From Antedon mediterranea (taxonomy: Eukaryota > Animalia > Echinodermata), in the NCBI RefSeq assembly GCF_964355755.1, contig NC_092679.1, positions 17,157,432-17,221,431 of the forward strand: 64,000 nt of DNA, written 5' to 3'. The notes under the pieces were generated by a model that was not told the DNA's origin, made no database searches, and saw only the letters and a list, made by a program, of their open reading frames with translations. Made by a program: the position numbers and the translations under genes. Every line of letters starts with the position of its first letter. The first letter of the stretch is position 1. Below are positions 1 through 25,700 of the stretch, in pieces.

Positions 1-356
1 AATTCAGATCTTTGCTAACTACCTTCATGCGCGGTCCGAAAATAAACAAAAAAAGCTAAAATGGCTATCGCAACGAATTTAGTTGAAACCAGGAAGTCGC
101 AATGTGATGACTCACCAAAGCCGGAACTAAGTTTACCATGCCAATGTTTAAAAATCTACGGATGAAATCCAACATTTTGTTTTAAAATCCTTCATGATAT
201 CTACCTATTAAAGAGAGAAGAATGGAACAACATCTGCTAAACTGTTGTAGAATACCTATCACGGTACACACAGAACAGCTTGGGTAAGTAACCGACAAGA
301 GTTGGTGACAAGCGTTTTACATTGTGTCTACCTATTCCAGAAATAAGCACAATTTA

Positions 357-1013
357 GAGTGTTGACAAAGTGCGAGGCAGCGAGGCATGCCAAATATTTG
401 TGCGAGGCATCATTTTATCATTTCCAAAAGTGCAAGGCATGCGAGGCATATAGTTTACAATTTCAAAAAGGTGCAAGGCATATCTTAACGTGCTATTATG
501 CTATATTATAGGCATAATAATCAATTATTTATATTTGTATAATAATAGGCCTAGCGTATCTAAATAAATTTGTGTATACACTCCACCAAATAATACGTTA
601 AATACATATAGATTCCACAGAGTTTTTAGCCCTCTAATTAATTTTTCTCTTTTGGCGTTCCATAAACCAAAATATTGAACATTGAGTGTACAGTATGCGA
701 GAAAAACGTCTGTAAAATCACCAATTTAACGGATTTATTCTTCAATAAAGTAGGCCTACTAATTCTAAGGTGTGGTATTCAGGATAAAGCATGGTTAACA
801 AATTTTGAAATAAAATACAATGCAGGTGCAAAAGGGAACTAGCCTAATAGCGGGCCTAGGCCTAAGCTACTTCAATTTCGGTGATTTCCTGCCTCGCAAT
901 TTTGAGAAATGATAAAATGATGCCTTGCATTTTTTGATGATGGTAAAACGATGCCTCGCATAAATGTGTGACTTGCCACGCATGTCTCGCCGACTCGCAC
1001 TTTGTTACTACCC
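357..1013. mobile_element. Non-autonomous TIR element (Mutator-like, 9-bp TSD)
   Basis: Imperfect TIRs (gagtgttgacaaagtgcgaggcagcgaggcatgc ... gcatgtctcgccgactcgcactttgttactaccc) with reiterated gcgaggcat/atgcctcgc motifs; direct repeat cacaattta at 348-356 and 1014-1022. Confidence 0.7.
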
Positions 1014-1912
1014 CACAATTTATATATACAAGAAAAAAAAATAGAGGCTAAACGCCAATGGACACTAACAGGTGAATTGACACTTCTAACTAGCTCAGTT
1101 GATCATCAACAACTGTTTTTGTTTCCAAGCAAATCTTTTAAAATAGTAGGCCTACTATAGAAATATTTTAAACTGCATTCATAAATAAAATAAAAATGTC
1201 ACTGTAATAACCATTCAATTGCAAATTTATAATTTATTAACCAAACACAATGTTTGAAATGTTTTACATACAGAACTTTAATAAATATAACTTTTTTTTT
1301 TGTTTTTAGCAAAAATTTCTTTTCCAAACTTCTATAAATATATACTTCATATTGACAATAAATATCTAACATCAACTTACTTTAAATACTAAACATGGAA
1401 ACAACATTATCTTCAGTACAGTGCATTTGCTTTGAATGGACATGTGAATGAAACTACCGCCTTTTGCAACAAATATGAAATTCCAACAATCCTAAAAATG
1501 TTATTCCATTGTATACATATCGCCAAGACAACGGAAGGAATAGGTTCACGATATTTAAATCAAAATGTTCAAATTTGTGTGTATAGGCAAATTCTTGCTT
1601 TTTGGTGCAGCAAAGTGACATCAAGGCTTATTATTACAAACCGTTATTTAAATATTTTTGAAAATACATTCTAAATTCAAACTACATCATTTAATCAGGG
1701 AGATCTCACTGAATTAATGCCAATTATTAATATATTTTTTAAAGTTATATATTTGATTTTGAACAGTTGTGATATGTAAATCTAAGACCTGAATGTATTT
1801 TTTTAATTAATAAAAAATATTTAGCACAAATATTTCAAATAGCACTGTAGGTACAAAATAATACTTTGGATTTAATTCTATTATCACAGTAGTGTGACAA
1901 TTATTGCATAGT

Positions 1913-2509
1913 TCATTCTTCGCTTTGATACCAGTTTGGCACCAACTGTTCCTCCTCCTCTCTTGCTGTACATCTACGACGTTCAACCTCCATTCCAGGG
2001 ACTTCCCTTTCATCATCACTAACATTGACAGCTGCAAAATTTCCTCTAAGATCATCCAATAAAAGAGCATTTGAACTTGTGGCATAGTTTGTTCTAAAAA
2101 ATGAATGTTCACTGGTGGGGTCATCCGAATCCTTATAACAACCAGTTTGGTGGTTTGTGTGAATGGTTGTTGTTGCAGCATTAAGTTGATGTCGCAGCTG
2201 TGGGCTTCGTGGCGGGGATTTCACTACCATACTAGATGGTTTATTGCATTTCTGAAGAGTCTCCGACTCTTCCTCACTTTCATCGTTAAACAGATCTTGT
2301 AACGAACCGTCATAGATGGAAGTGACCACCGGTATGGATTCATGGGTTACTTGCAGATTTGGAACCAAACAATCATCATTTATGTATTCCTCAACATAGT
2401 ATCTTCCTGTCTTTTGGTTGGCAATTCTTTCATCAACATCATCTGGTAGTAAAGACTCAAAGCAGGTAAGGTCAACAGATTGAGATACTGCTGGTACAAA
2501 AGCAAACAT
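1913..2509 (-). CDS. Hypothetical acidic, Ser/Glu-rich 198-aa protein
   Basis: Long ORF with higher GC than flanks; polypyrimidine-AG acceptor just upstream (~2543); candidate GTAAGT donor at ~3158 near a CpG-rich promoter-like patch (3230-3340). No family recognised. Confidence 0.6.
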   Translation of the reverse strand: MFAFVPAVSQSVDLTCFESLLPDDVDERIANQKTGRYYVEEYINDDCLVPNLQVTHESIPVVTSIYDGSLQDLFNDESEEESETLQKCNKPSSMVVKSPPRSPQLRHQLNAATTTIHTNHQTGCYKDSDDPTSEHSFFRTNYATSSNALLLDDLRGNFAAVNVSDDEREVPGMEVERRRCTAREEEEQLVPNWYQSEE

Positions 2510-5489
2510 ACTTGATCTGCCTCACAAATGCCCAGAAAAAACTAAAAAAAAAACCATTACTTTTGGCAAAACGGGAAGCGAACGACTTACTGAATGAACA
2601 AAAATGTGTTACAAAGTATCGAGTGTTGTGGTCAAATGAATGCAGTCGAGTACACTACATTACGAGTGCTTGGGTATACCTAGGCTAGGATTATAATCTA
2701 GTAGATAATATAGTACAGTAGGTAGGCCATTTTTAAAGTTTGTAGGCCTAGGCCTAGCCTAGGTGACAACTCGAAGTGTGTTACATGCCGATGCGAAAGT
2801 ATTAATACTAGGGCCTAGGCCTAGGTAGGCCTATTAATAATAATAATAATAAAAGGTAGAAAAATGTAAACCATCCCATGCAAATTTTAATTTAGTGTCC
2901 ATCTTTCTTTCAAATAGTGCGAGGCCTAGCCTGTTATACCTCCAGAGGCTGTAGACTTTGGCCTACTAGAGGGGGCCTAGGCCGATGAAGTAATTTATGA
3001 TGAACAGGCATTTGCACTTTGGAAAAAAAACGCCGTCCGTTGATGATCGGCGGCCGACAAGTCAGTTTAGTATTTACATATTGTTTTATAGCCTAGTATA
3101 TGACAATATAAAAACAAGAGAACACTTAAATTATGTATTATAAGGTGATAAACTTACATCCAATATTAACTGTCCGATGCCTCAACCTCGAAGAAAACAC
3201 AGTACACAATGTAAAGTATGTTGAATGGCCTAGGTTTTGCTTCGTCTCCTCGTCGTGTCGTCGTCGTCGTCTTTCTGAATCTGCCGCGCCTTATTTACAT
3301 AATATGCAAATTTGTGAAGTCATCCGCCGCGCGTCGAGCAAGATATTTATACTTTTAACCAATCAAATTGTTGATAATTCTTCATATACTGATAAAATAA
3401 GCAGCTGACTGACCGCACAATACAATGTAAAGTCTTTGTTTCGCACTATTTTTCTATCCGATATCTTTATCTTGTTGCACAAGAATGAAAAGACTATGAT
3501 AAACACCAAAAGTATTGATGAACAAAAGTAGATGATTTTTAAACATGTAATCAAATTGTTTGAATTATTTTTTGTGTATTCTCATTGATTATGATATCAC
3601 TATTATTATCATCATCATCATCACCTTTGATGCACTCATCATAATTTATATAACTTATCATAATAATATAATCATATCATTTATCATCATCCATTATTAT
3701 TTTTTGTAGATAAAATAATTAAGATAAACTTTAAAGATTTATATAAAGAAAAATGAAATTAAACTTTGAATAGACCATTTTGTTACTCAATTCCACTAGA
3801 CAAAAAACACGAAATAAAAACCATTGACTTTTTTTATTTTATGGTTTTTAGGTAAATAATTATTAATATATTTAGTATATTTTTAAATTTTTATCAAAAT
3901 GAATAATGTGATCAAATGTGATTAAAATGGCATATTCAAACACCCAAAAATATTTGTTTTTCAGGGAGGGGGGGGGGGGCAACATATCAATTTATAAAAC
4001 AATGAGGACACAAGAAAATACAATTATAATGCAATAACCTTTATTTCATTAGTATGCAAACAAAATGATCTACAAGATACAATTTGTTTCAAAGCCAATC
4101 TACACTACTAAAAAACAATTATCTACAACATACAGTTTAAACATTTAGGCAACAAACAAAACAACATTGTTTTATTATTTTAGGAATATGAAATTATCTG
4201 TAATATGGAAAAAAATTTAACGATTTTAGTGCCTATTTTAAATTAATTAATCTTTCCTTGGCAAAGCTGGGTTATTTATAGAAAAGTTTAAAGAATAAAT
4301 AATGCAACTGTAGGCTTTATCACGTAGGATTAATTCATCTGTATTACTGTATTATTTATTTACTATATATATAAAAACATTTATTTCTATATACAGTATT
4401 TTTTATGGAGATTTTGTGAACCCAAAAAGTATCACCCATCCATTGTACAATGTATTGATAAGATACAAATAAATATATGTAACAAAATTAATATTTTAAT
4501 TCAGCCACCAGGACCAATGTTCTATGTAAAACATTAAGTTGAACATGATGAGTCTTTAGCCATTCACACATGGTCAGGATCAACTTACTCATGATGTAGC
4601 ACCATGTAGCTGCAGTGTTTACTTTTCGACCGGTTGGGTGTAGAATTGAGTAGGTAACATTTGAATAACACAATTACAATTTTTAAAAGATTACAAACAA
4701 AAATAATTAAATATGTAAAAATTGCCTTTACTTAATGTTTAAATCTATAAATTTCTAAAATTCTATCTTTAATATTTGTACTATTTTTTATACTAAACCT
4801 TGGAGACGACAACTTTTTGTATGGTTACACGGTTTTATTTTACCTTTAATGCAAATTGAACCTGTTCTGAAAATTGTAAACATTTTTTATTTTACATTTT
4901 TCCTCCATTATTCTACAAGCTTCCTCCTCTACAATTTCCTCCTTCATGTTAAATGCTTTCTATTCATTTTCAAAATGTTTGAATATTATTAACACATTTA
5001 ACAACATAAAGTCAAAAACCAACACTATTTCAGTTATCTTTATTGACAAATTCTGTGCTAATCAAATATAGTACACATGTCACACTTTCTTTTATCGGAG
5101 TTACAAAGCAAAATTATTTTTTTTTTATAAATCATTTTTTTTAAAATGAGTTTTACAATAATGTATACAAAGATCTTAATGAAAAATATTTTTTGTTTAT
5201 AATTGTTAAATCTTGTAACTAGTTGCAATGGCGTAACATTTGGATGAATTGAGGTTAAAGGTCAAGACCCTAAAACTAGATCGCAGTGAAACTTTCCTTT
5301 AAGGTTGCTCTTGGATTCTATACAACAACGTTGGCACAACGCAAATGAGTTGACCAGTCACAAGCGACAATTTGGATGATCCAATGCGTCGTGGTTGGTC
5401 AAATTGCTTGTAGTGCGTTTAAGCGATTGTGTTGCATCCTAGTGGAAACCAAGCTGTATACAAGATGAATAGCTGACTCTTAAACAGGT

Positions 5490-5669
5490 CAGTCGACTCT
5501 CCCAATACTGGTCTCTCTGAAAACCAGAAACTCTTCCAATACCAGACTTTTCTCAAAGTTCAAAAGGTCACAAATTCATTTTTTCCATTAATAACACATT
5601 CCGAATACCAGACTTTCCAAAAAAAACAAACATATTTGGTCAGCCCAAATGTATTGAGAGAGTTGACTG
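5490..5669. mobile_element. Short MITE (Tc1/mariner-like CAGT termini)
   Basis: cagtcgactctcccaatac ... gtattgagagagttgactg inverted ends, TA on the right flank. Confidence 0.45.
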
Positions 5670-5875
5670 TATAATTAAACATCCTACATACAAGAGGGTT
5701 TATATAGGTGCCTACCTGTTTATTACAAATATTATGTATAATTTATTAATTTCATATAGACACATGCCCATATGTTTTCTAATTTATTTCATGAAGCTCA
5801 CTCATACTGATTTTGATATGTCAGTATACAGCCAACTGTAAATTAAATCGCCACTTGTAATCTATGCTTTCTGAT

Positions 5876-6077
5876 TAGGGAGTTTTCGATTTACAACAAC
5901 CGACAACCAAAGTCATGTCATGTCATTGTAGGCATGCAAAGATATTAGGACATGTATCCTCAATCTCCACTTGGACACAGTTTGACGATTGCTATGTCCG
6001 AACGACGACCGAAAATACTGATCTGACTGATCTGACCTAGGTAGGTTGTTGGTCGTACCAAATCAAAGGATCCCTAT
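5876..6077. mobile_element. MITE; related copy at ~14401-14592
   Basis: tagggagttttcgattt ... aaatcaaaggatcccta imperfect TIRs; internal ccacttggacacagtttgacgat matches the reverse complement at ~14480-14505. Confidence 0.55.
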
Positions 6078-6635
6078 TTAGGAAATAGGCAGTGTTTTGA
6101 ACCCATGACCTTGGAAATAAACCACCAAACTACACGCGCCACTTCGCTTATATACAAACAAGACAAAGTTATTGCTTTTAATTACCTTATTTCCAATCTA
6201 CAAAATCTTGTTGCATACATTTTAATTTACTTTTACAGATAGGAGTACAGTACATCTAGGCTTAGAAAATAAAATTGTTATATGCATATTTATATTTCAG
6301 TGGTATGAAATTTACTGTAATATTATGGATGACATAAAACCATTTTTATCCCCACCAAACCCACTTTCAAATTAATCAAAAGTAATTTGCTTGTTACGCC
6401 ACTGACTAGTTCATTTACTGTAGTTAAACTAACAGTAACTGTTTAAAAATATATTTATTTGATAGATTACTGTTGCAATAACACTACTAAAAAACAAAGT
6501 TTATTGTTTTTTAAATTCCCCTCTCATCCTCCTTAAAAAACACACTACATAAATATCGCTAATATATCTATCCCTCTGTCAAACTCTTCCATGAAAAATG
6601 TTTCTACTTACAAAGATGTACAATTTTTTAATTGG

Positions 6636-19296
<12,661 letters not shown>

Positions 19297-19713
19297 GTTT
19301 ATGCTTCTCTTTCTAGGCAAAAACAATCTAAATCTCTACATTTTTCTAAAGAAAAGCTTTGTAAAATGTGAATATATGAGGATCTTATCCTCGTAACATA
19401 AAATCAAAACGAAAATTCATGTCTTTCGGATCCAAATCCTTTGTCCAATTTTTGGTTCACAGGTTGTGTGTGGTCCGCGTCCGATTCCGCGAGCGAGAAT
19501 TTAGAGATGGTTAAAAATGGCCAATTGAGGGCGACATTAGTCTAAATATTGTAAGCCTTTATAGTGCTTGTGTCAAGCTAGCCGACAATAAGCCAGCCGA
19601 CAATAAGCCAGCCCACTTTTATTTTTTCCAGCCGACAATAACTATGAAACGCCGTTTGTGTATTTTTCACATTTTCAGTATTGCTTAAGGTTTTTATAGT
19701 ATTAGAAATTCAA

Positions 19714-22700
19714 TATTTGTGAGAAAATGGCGGATTGCTCCTGGGAGTCACTTGGTGGGATTATACTAGGGTACCTCCTTAGTCGTCCAGTATAAGTTAG
19801 AGTAGGACCGCTGGTCCTGTTTACTCAGCCCTCATCTTTTAAATCTGAGTGTAACTCAATTACGATTTTTAATATTATAGTGAAATTTGATATTGTATTT
19901 GTGAGAAAATGGCGGATTGCTCCTGGGAGTCACTTGGTGGGATTATACTAGGGTACCTCCTTAGTCGTCCAGTATAAGTTAGGGTGGGACCACTGGTCCT
20001 GTTTACTCAGCCCTCATCTTTTAAATCTGAGTGTAACTCAATTACGATTTTTTATATAGTGAAATTTGATACTGTATTTGTGAGAAAATGGCGAATTGCT
20101 CCTGGGAGTCACTTGGTGGGATTATACTAGGGTACCTCCTTAGTCGTCCAGTATAAGTTAGAGTAGGACCACTGGTCCTGTTTACTCAGCCCTCATCTTT
20201 TAAATCTGAGTGTAACTCAATTACGATTTAAAATATTATAGTAAAATTTGATACTGTAGGCCCTATTTGTGAGAAAATGGCGGATTGCTCCTGGGAGTCA
20301 CCTGGTGGGATTGTACTAGGGTACCTCCTTAGTCGTCCAGTATAAGTTAAAGTAGGACCACTGGTCCTGTTTACTCAGCCCTCATCTTTTAAATCTGAGT
20401 GTAACTCAATTACGATTTTTAATATTATAGTAAAATTTGATACTGTATTTGTGAGAAAATGGAAGATTGCTCCTGTGAGTCACTTGGTGGGATTATACTT
20501 GGGTACCTCCTTAGTCATCCAGTATAAGTTAGAGTAGGACCACTGGCCCTGTTTACTCAGCCCTCATCTTTTAAATCTGAGTGTAACTCAATTACGATTT
20601 TTAATATTATAGTGAAATTTGATACTGTATTTGTGAGAAAATGGCGTATTGCTCCTGGGAGTCACTTGGTGGGATTATACTAATGGACCTCCTTAATCGT
20701 CCAGTATAAGTTAGAGTAGGACCGCTGGTCCCGTTTACTCAGCCCTCATCTTTTAAATCTATCTGAGTGTAACTCAATTACGATTTTTTATATAGTGAAA
20801 TTTGATACTGTATTTGTGAGAAAATGGCGGATTGCTCCAGGGAGTCACTTGGTGGGATTATACTAGGGTACCTCTTTAGTCGTCCAGTATAAGTTAGAGT
20901 AGGACCGCTGGTCCCGTTTACTCAGCAGCCCTCATCTTTTTAAATCTGCGTGTAACTCAATTACGATTTTAAATATTATAGTGAAATTTGGTACTGTATT
21001 TGTGAGAAAACGGCGTATTGCTCCTGGAAGTCACTCCGTGGGATTATACTAGGGTACCTCCTTAGTTGTCCAGTATAAGTTAGAGTAGGACCGCTGGTCT
21101 TGTTTACTCAGCCCTCATCTTTTAAATCTGAGTGTAACTCAATTACGATTTTTAATATTATAGTGAAATTTGATACTGTATTTGTGAGAAAATGTCGGAT
21201 TGCTCCTGGGAGTCACTTGGTGGGATTATACTTGGGTACCTCTTTAGTCGTCCAGTATAAGTTAGAGTAGGACCGCTGGCCCTGTTTACTCAGCCCTCAT
21301 CTTTTAAATCTGAGTATAACTCAATTACGATCTTTAATATTATAGTGAAATTTGATACTGTATTTGTGAGAAAATGGCGGATTGCTCCTGGGAGTCACTT
21401 GGTGGGATTATACTAGGGGACATCCTTAATCGTCCAGTATAAGTTAGAGTAGGACCGCTGGTCCCGTTTACTCAGCCCTTATCTTTTAAATCTGAGTGTA
21501 ACTCAATTACAATTTTTTATATAGTGAAATTTGATACTGTATTTGTGAGAAAATGGCGGATTGCTCCTGGGAGTCACTTGGTGGGATTATACTAGGGTAC
21601 CTCCTTAGTCGTCCAGTATAAGTTAGAGTTGGACCGCTGGTCCTGTTTACTCAGCCCTATTCTTTTAAATCTGGGTGTAACTCAATTACGATTTTAAATA
21701 TTATAGTGAAATTTGGTACTGTATTTGTGAGAAAACGGCGGATTGCTCCTGGAAGTCACTCGGTGGGATTATACTAGGGTACCTCCTTATTCGTCCAGTA
21801 TAAGTTAGAGTAGGACCACTGGTCATGTTTACTCAGCCCTCATCTTTTAAATCTGAGTGTAACTCAATTACGATCTTTAATATTATAGTGAAATTTGATA
21901 CTGTATTTGTGAGAAAATGGCGGATTGCTCCTGGGAGTCACTTGGTGGGATTATACTAGGGGACCTTCTTAATCGTCCAGTATAAGTTAGAGTAGAACCG
22001 CTGGTCCCGTTTACTCAGCCCTCATCTTTTAAATCTGAGTGTAACTCAATTACGATTTTTTATATAGTGAAATTTGATACTGTATTTGTGAGAAAATGGA
22101 GGATTGCTCCTGGGAGTCACTTGGTGGGATTATACTAGGGTACCTCCTTAGTCGTCCAGTATAAGTTAGATTTGGACCGATGGTCCTGTTTACTCAGCCC
22201 TTATCTTTTAAATCTGAGTGTAACTCAATTACGATTTTAAATATTATAGTGAAATTTGGTACTGTATTTGTGAGAAAACGGCGGATTGCTCCTGGAAGTC
22301 ACTCGGTGGGATTATACTAGGGTACCTCCTTAGTTGTTCAGTATAAGTTAGAGTAGGACCGCTGGTCTTGTTTACTCAGTCCTCATCTTTTAAATCTGAG
22401 TGTAACTCAATTAAGATTTTTTAAACAGTGAAATTTGATACTGTATTTGTGAGAAAATGGCGGATTGCTCCTGGTAGTCACTTGGTGGGATTATACTAGG
22501 GTACCTCCTTAGTCGTCCAGTATAAGTTAAGGTAGGACCACTGGTCCCGTTTACTCAGCCCTCATCTTTTAAATCTGAGTATAACTCAATTACGATTTTT
22601 AATATTATAGTGAAATTTGATACTGTATTTGTGAGAAAATGGCGGATTGCTCCTGGGAGTCACTTGGTGGGATTATACTAGGGTACCTCTTTTGTCGTCC

Positions 22701-25700
22701 AGTATAAGTTAGGGTGGGACCACTGGTCCCGTTTACTCAGCCCTCATCTTTTAAATCTGAGTGTAACTCAATTACGATTTTTAATATTATAGTGAAATTT
22801 GATACTGTATTTGTGAGAAAATGGCGGATTGCTCCTGGGAGTCACTTGGTGGGATTATACTAAGGGACCTCCTTAATTCTTCCAGTATAAGTTAGAGTAG
22901 GACCGCTGGTCCCGTTTACTCAGCCCTCATCTTTTAAATCTGAGTGTAACTCAATTACAATTTTTTATATAGTGAAATTTGATACTGTATTTGTGAGAAA
23001 ATGGCGAATTGCTCCTGGGAGTCACTTGGTGGGATTATACTAGGGTACCTCCTTAGTCGTCCAGTATAAGTTAGAGTAGGACCGCTGGTCCTGTTTACTC
23101 AGCCCTCATCTTTTAAATCTGAGTGTAACTCAATTACGATTTTAAATATTATAGTGAAATTTGGTACTGTATTTGTGAGAAAACGGCGGATTGCTCCTGG
23201 AAGTCACTCGGTAGGATTATACTAGGGTACCTCCTTAGTTGTCCAGTATAAGTTAGAGTAGGACCGCTGGTCTTGTTTCCTCAGCCCTTATCTTTTAAAT
23301 CTCAGTGTAACTCAATTACGATTTTTAATATTATAGTAAAATTTGATACTGTATTTGTGAGAAAATGGCGGATTGCTCGTGGGAGTCACTTGGTGGAATT
23401 ATACTAGGGTACCTCCTTAGTCGTCCAGTATAAGTTAGGGTGGGACCACTGGTCCCGTTTACTCAGCCCTCATCTTTTAAATCTGAGTGTAACTCAATTA
23501 CGATTTTTAATTTTATAGTGAAATTTGATACTGTATTTGTGAGAAAATGGCGGATTGCTCCTGGGAGTCACTTGGTGGGATTATACTAGGGTACCTCCTT
23601 AGTCGTCCAGTATAAGTTAGAGTAGGACCACTGGTCCTGTTTACTCAGCCCTCATCTTTTAAATCTGAGTGTAACTCAATTACAATTTTTTATATAGTGA
23701 AATTTGATACTGTATTTGTGAGAAAATGGCGGATTGCTCCTGGGAGTCACTTGGTGGGATTATACTAGGGTACCTCCTTAGTCGTCCAGTATAAGTTAGA
23801 GTAGGACCGCTGGTCCTGTTTACTCAGCCATCATCTTTTAAATCTGAGTGTAACTCAATTACGATTTTTAATATTATAGTAAAATTTGATACTGTATTTG
23901 TGAGAAAATGGCGGATTGCTCCTGGGAGTCACTTGGTGGGATTATACTAGGGTACCTCCTTAGTCGTCCAGTATAAGTTAGAGTAGGACCGCTGGTCCTG
24001 TTTACTCAGCCCTCATCTTTTAAATCTGAGTGTAACTCAATTACGATTTTTAATATTATAGTGAAATTTGATATTGTATTTGTGAGAAAATGGCGGATTG
24101 CTCCTGGGAGTCACTTGGTGGGATTATACTAGGGTACCTCCTTAGTCGTCCAGTATAAGTTAGGGTGGGACCACTGGTCCTGTTTACTCAGCCCTCATCT
24201 TTTAAATCTGAGTGTAACTCAATTACGATTTTTTATATAGTGAAATTTGATACTGTATTTGTGAGAAAATGGCGAATTGCTCCTGGGAGTCACTTGGTGG
24301 GATTATACTAGGGTACCTCCTTAGTCGTCCAGTATAAGTTAGAGTAGGACCACTGGTCCTGTTTACTCAGCCCTCATCTTTTAAATCTGAGTGTAACTCA
24401 ATTACGATTTATAATATTATAGTAAAATTTGATACTGTATTTGTGAGAAAATGGCGGATTGCTCCTGGGAGTCACTTGGTGGGATTGTACTAGGGTACCT
24501 CCTTAGTCGTCCAGTATAAGTTAAAGTAGGACCACTGGTCCTGTTTACTCAGCCCTCATCTTTTAAATCTGAATGTAACTCAATTACGATTTTTAATATT
24601 ATAGTAAAATTTGATACTGTATTTGTGAGAAAATGGAAGATTGCTCCTGTGAGTCACTTGGTGGGATTATACTTGGGTACCTCCTTAGTCATCCAGTATA
24701 AGTTAGAGTAGGACCGCTGGCCCTGTTTACTCAGCCCTCATCTTTTAAATCTGAGTGTAACTTAATTACGATTTTTAATATTATAGTGAAATTTGATACT
24801 GTATTTGTGAGAAAATGGCGGATTGCTCCTGGGAGTCACTTAGTGGGATTATACTAGGGTACCTCCTTAGTCGTCCAGTATAAGTTAGAGTAGGACCGCT
24901 GGTCCTGTTTACTTAGCCCTCATCTTTTAAATATGAGTGTAACTCAATTACGATTTTAAATATTATAGTGAAATTTGGTACTGTATTTGTGAGAAAACGG
25001 CGTATTGCTCCTGGAAGTCACTCCGTGGGATTATACTAGGGTACCTCCTTAGTTGTCCAGTATAAGTTAGAGTAGGACCGCTGGTCCCGTTTACTCAGCA
25101 GCCCTCATCTTTTTAAATCTGCGTGTAACTCAATTACGATTTTAAATATTATAGTGAAATTTGGTACTGTATTTGTGAGAAAACGGCGTATTGCTCCTGG
25201 AAGTCACTCCGTGGGATTATACTAGGGTACCTCCTTAGTTGTCCAGTATAAGTTAGAGTAGGACCGCTGGTCTTGTTTACTCAGCCCTCATCTTTTAAAT
25301 CTGAGTGTAACTCAATTACGATTTTTAATATTATAGTGAAATTTGATACTGTATTTGTGAGAAAATGGCGGATTGCTCCTGGGAGTCACTTGGTGGGATT
25401 ATACTTGGGTACCTCTTTAGTCGTCCAGTATAAGTTAGAGTAGGACCGCTGGCCCTGTTTACTCAGCCCTCATCTTTTAAATCTGAGTATAACTCAATTA
25501 CGATCTTTAATATTATAGTGAAATTTGATACTGTATTTGTGAGAAAATGGCGGATTGGTCCTGGGAGTCACTTGGTGGGATTATACATGGGGACATCCTT
25601 AATCGTCCAGTATAAGTTAGAGTAGGACCGCTGGTCCCGTTTACTCAGCCCTTATCTTTTAAATCTGAGTGTAACTCAATTACAATTTTTTATATAGTGA

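Noticed and set aside
1-300. Possible first exon or promoter at the window edge (minus-strand ATGAAG|gtag at ~29; plus-strand gtaagt at ~284)
   Set aside because: Too little sequence to assign a gene or strand.
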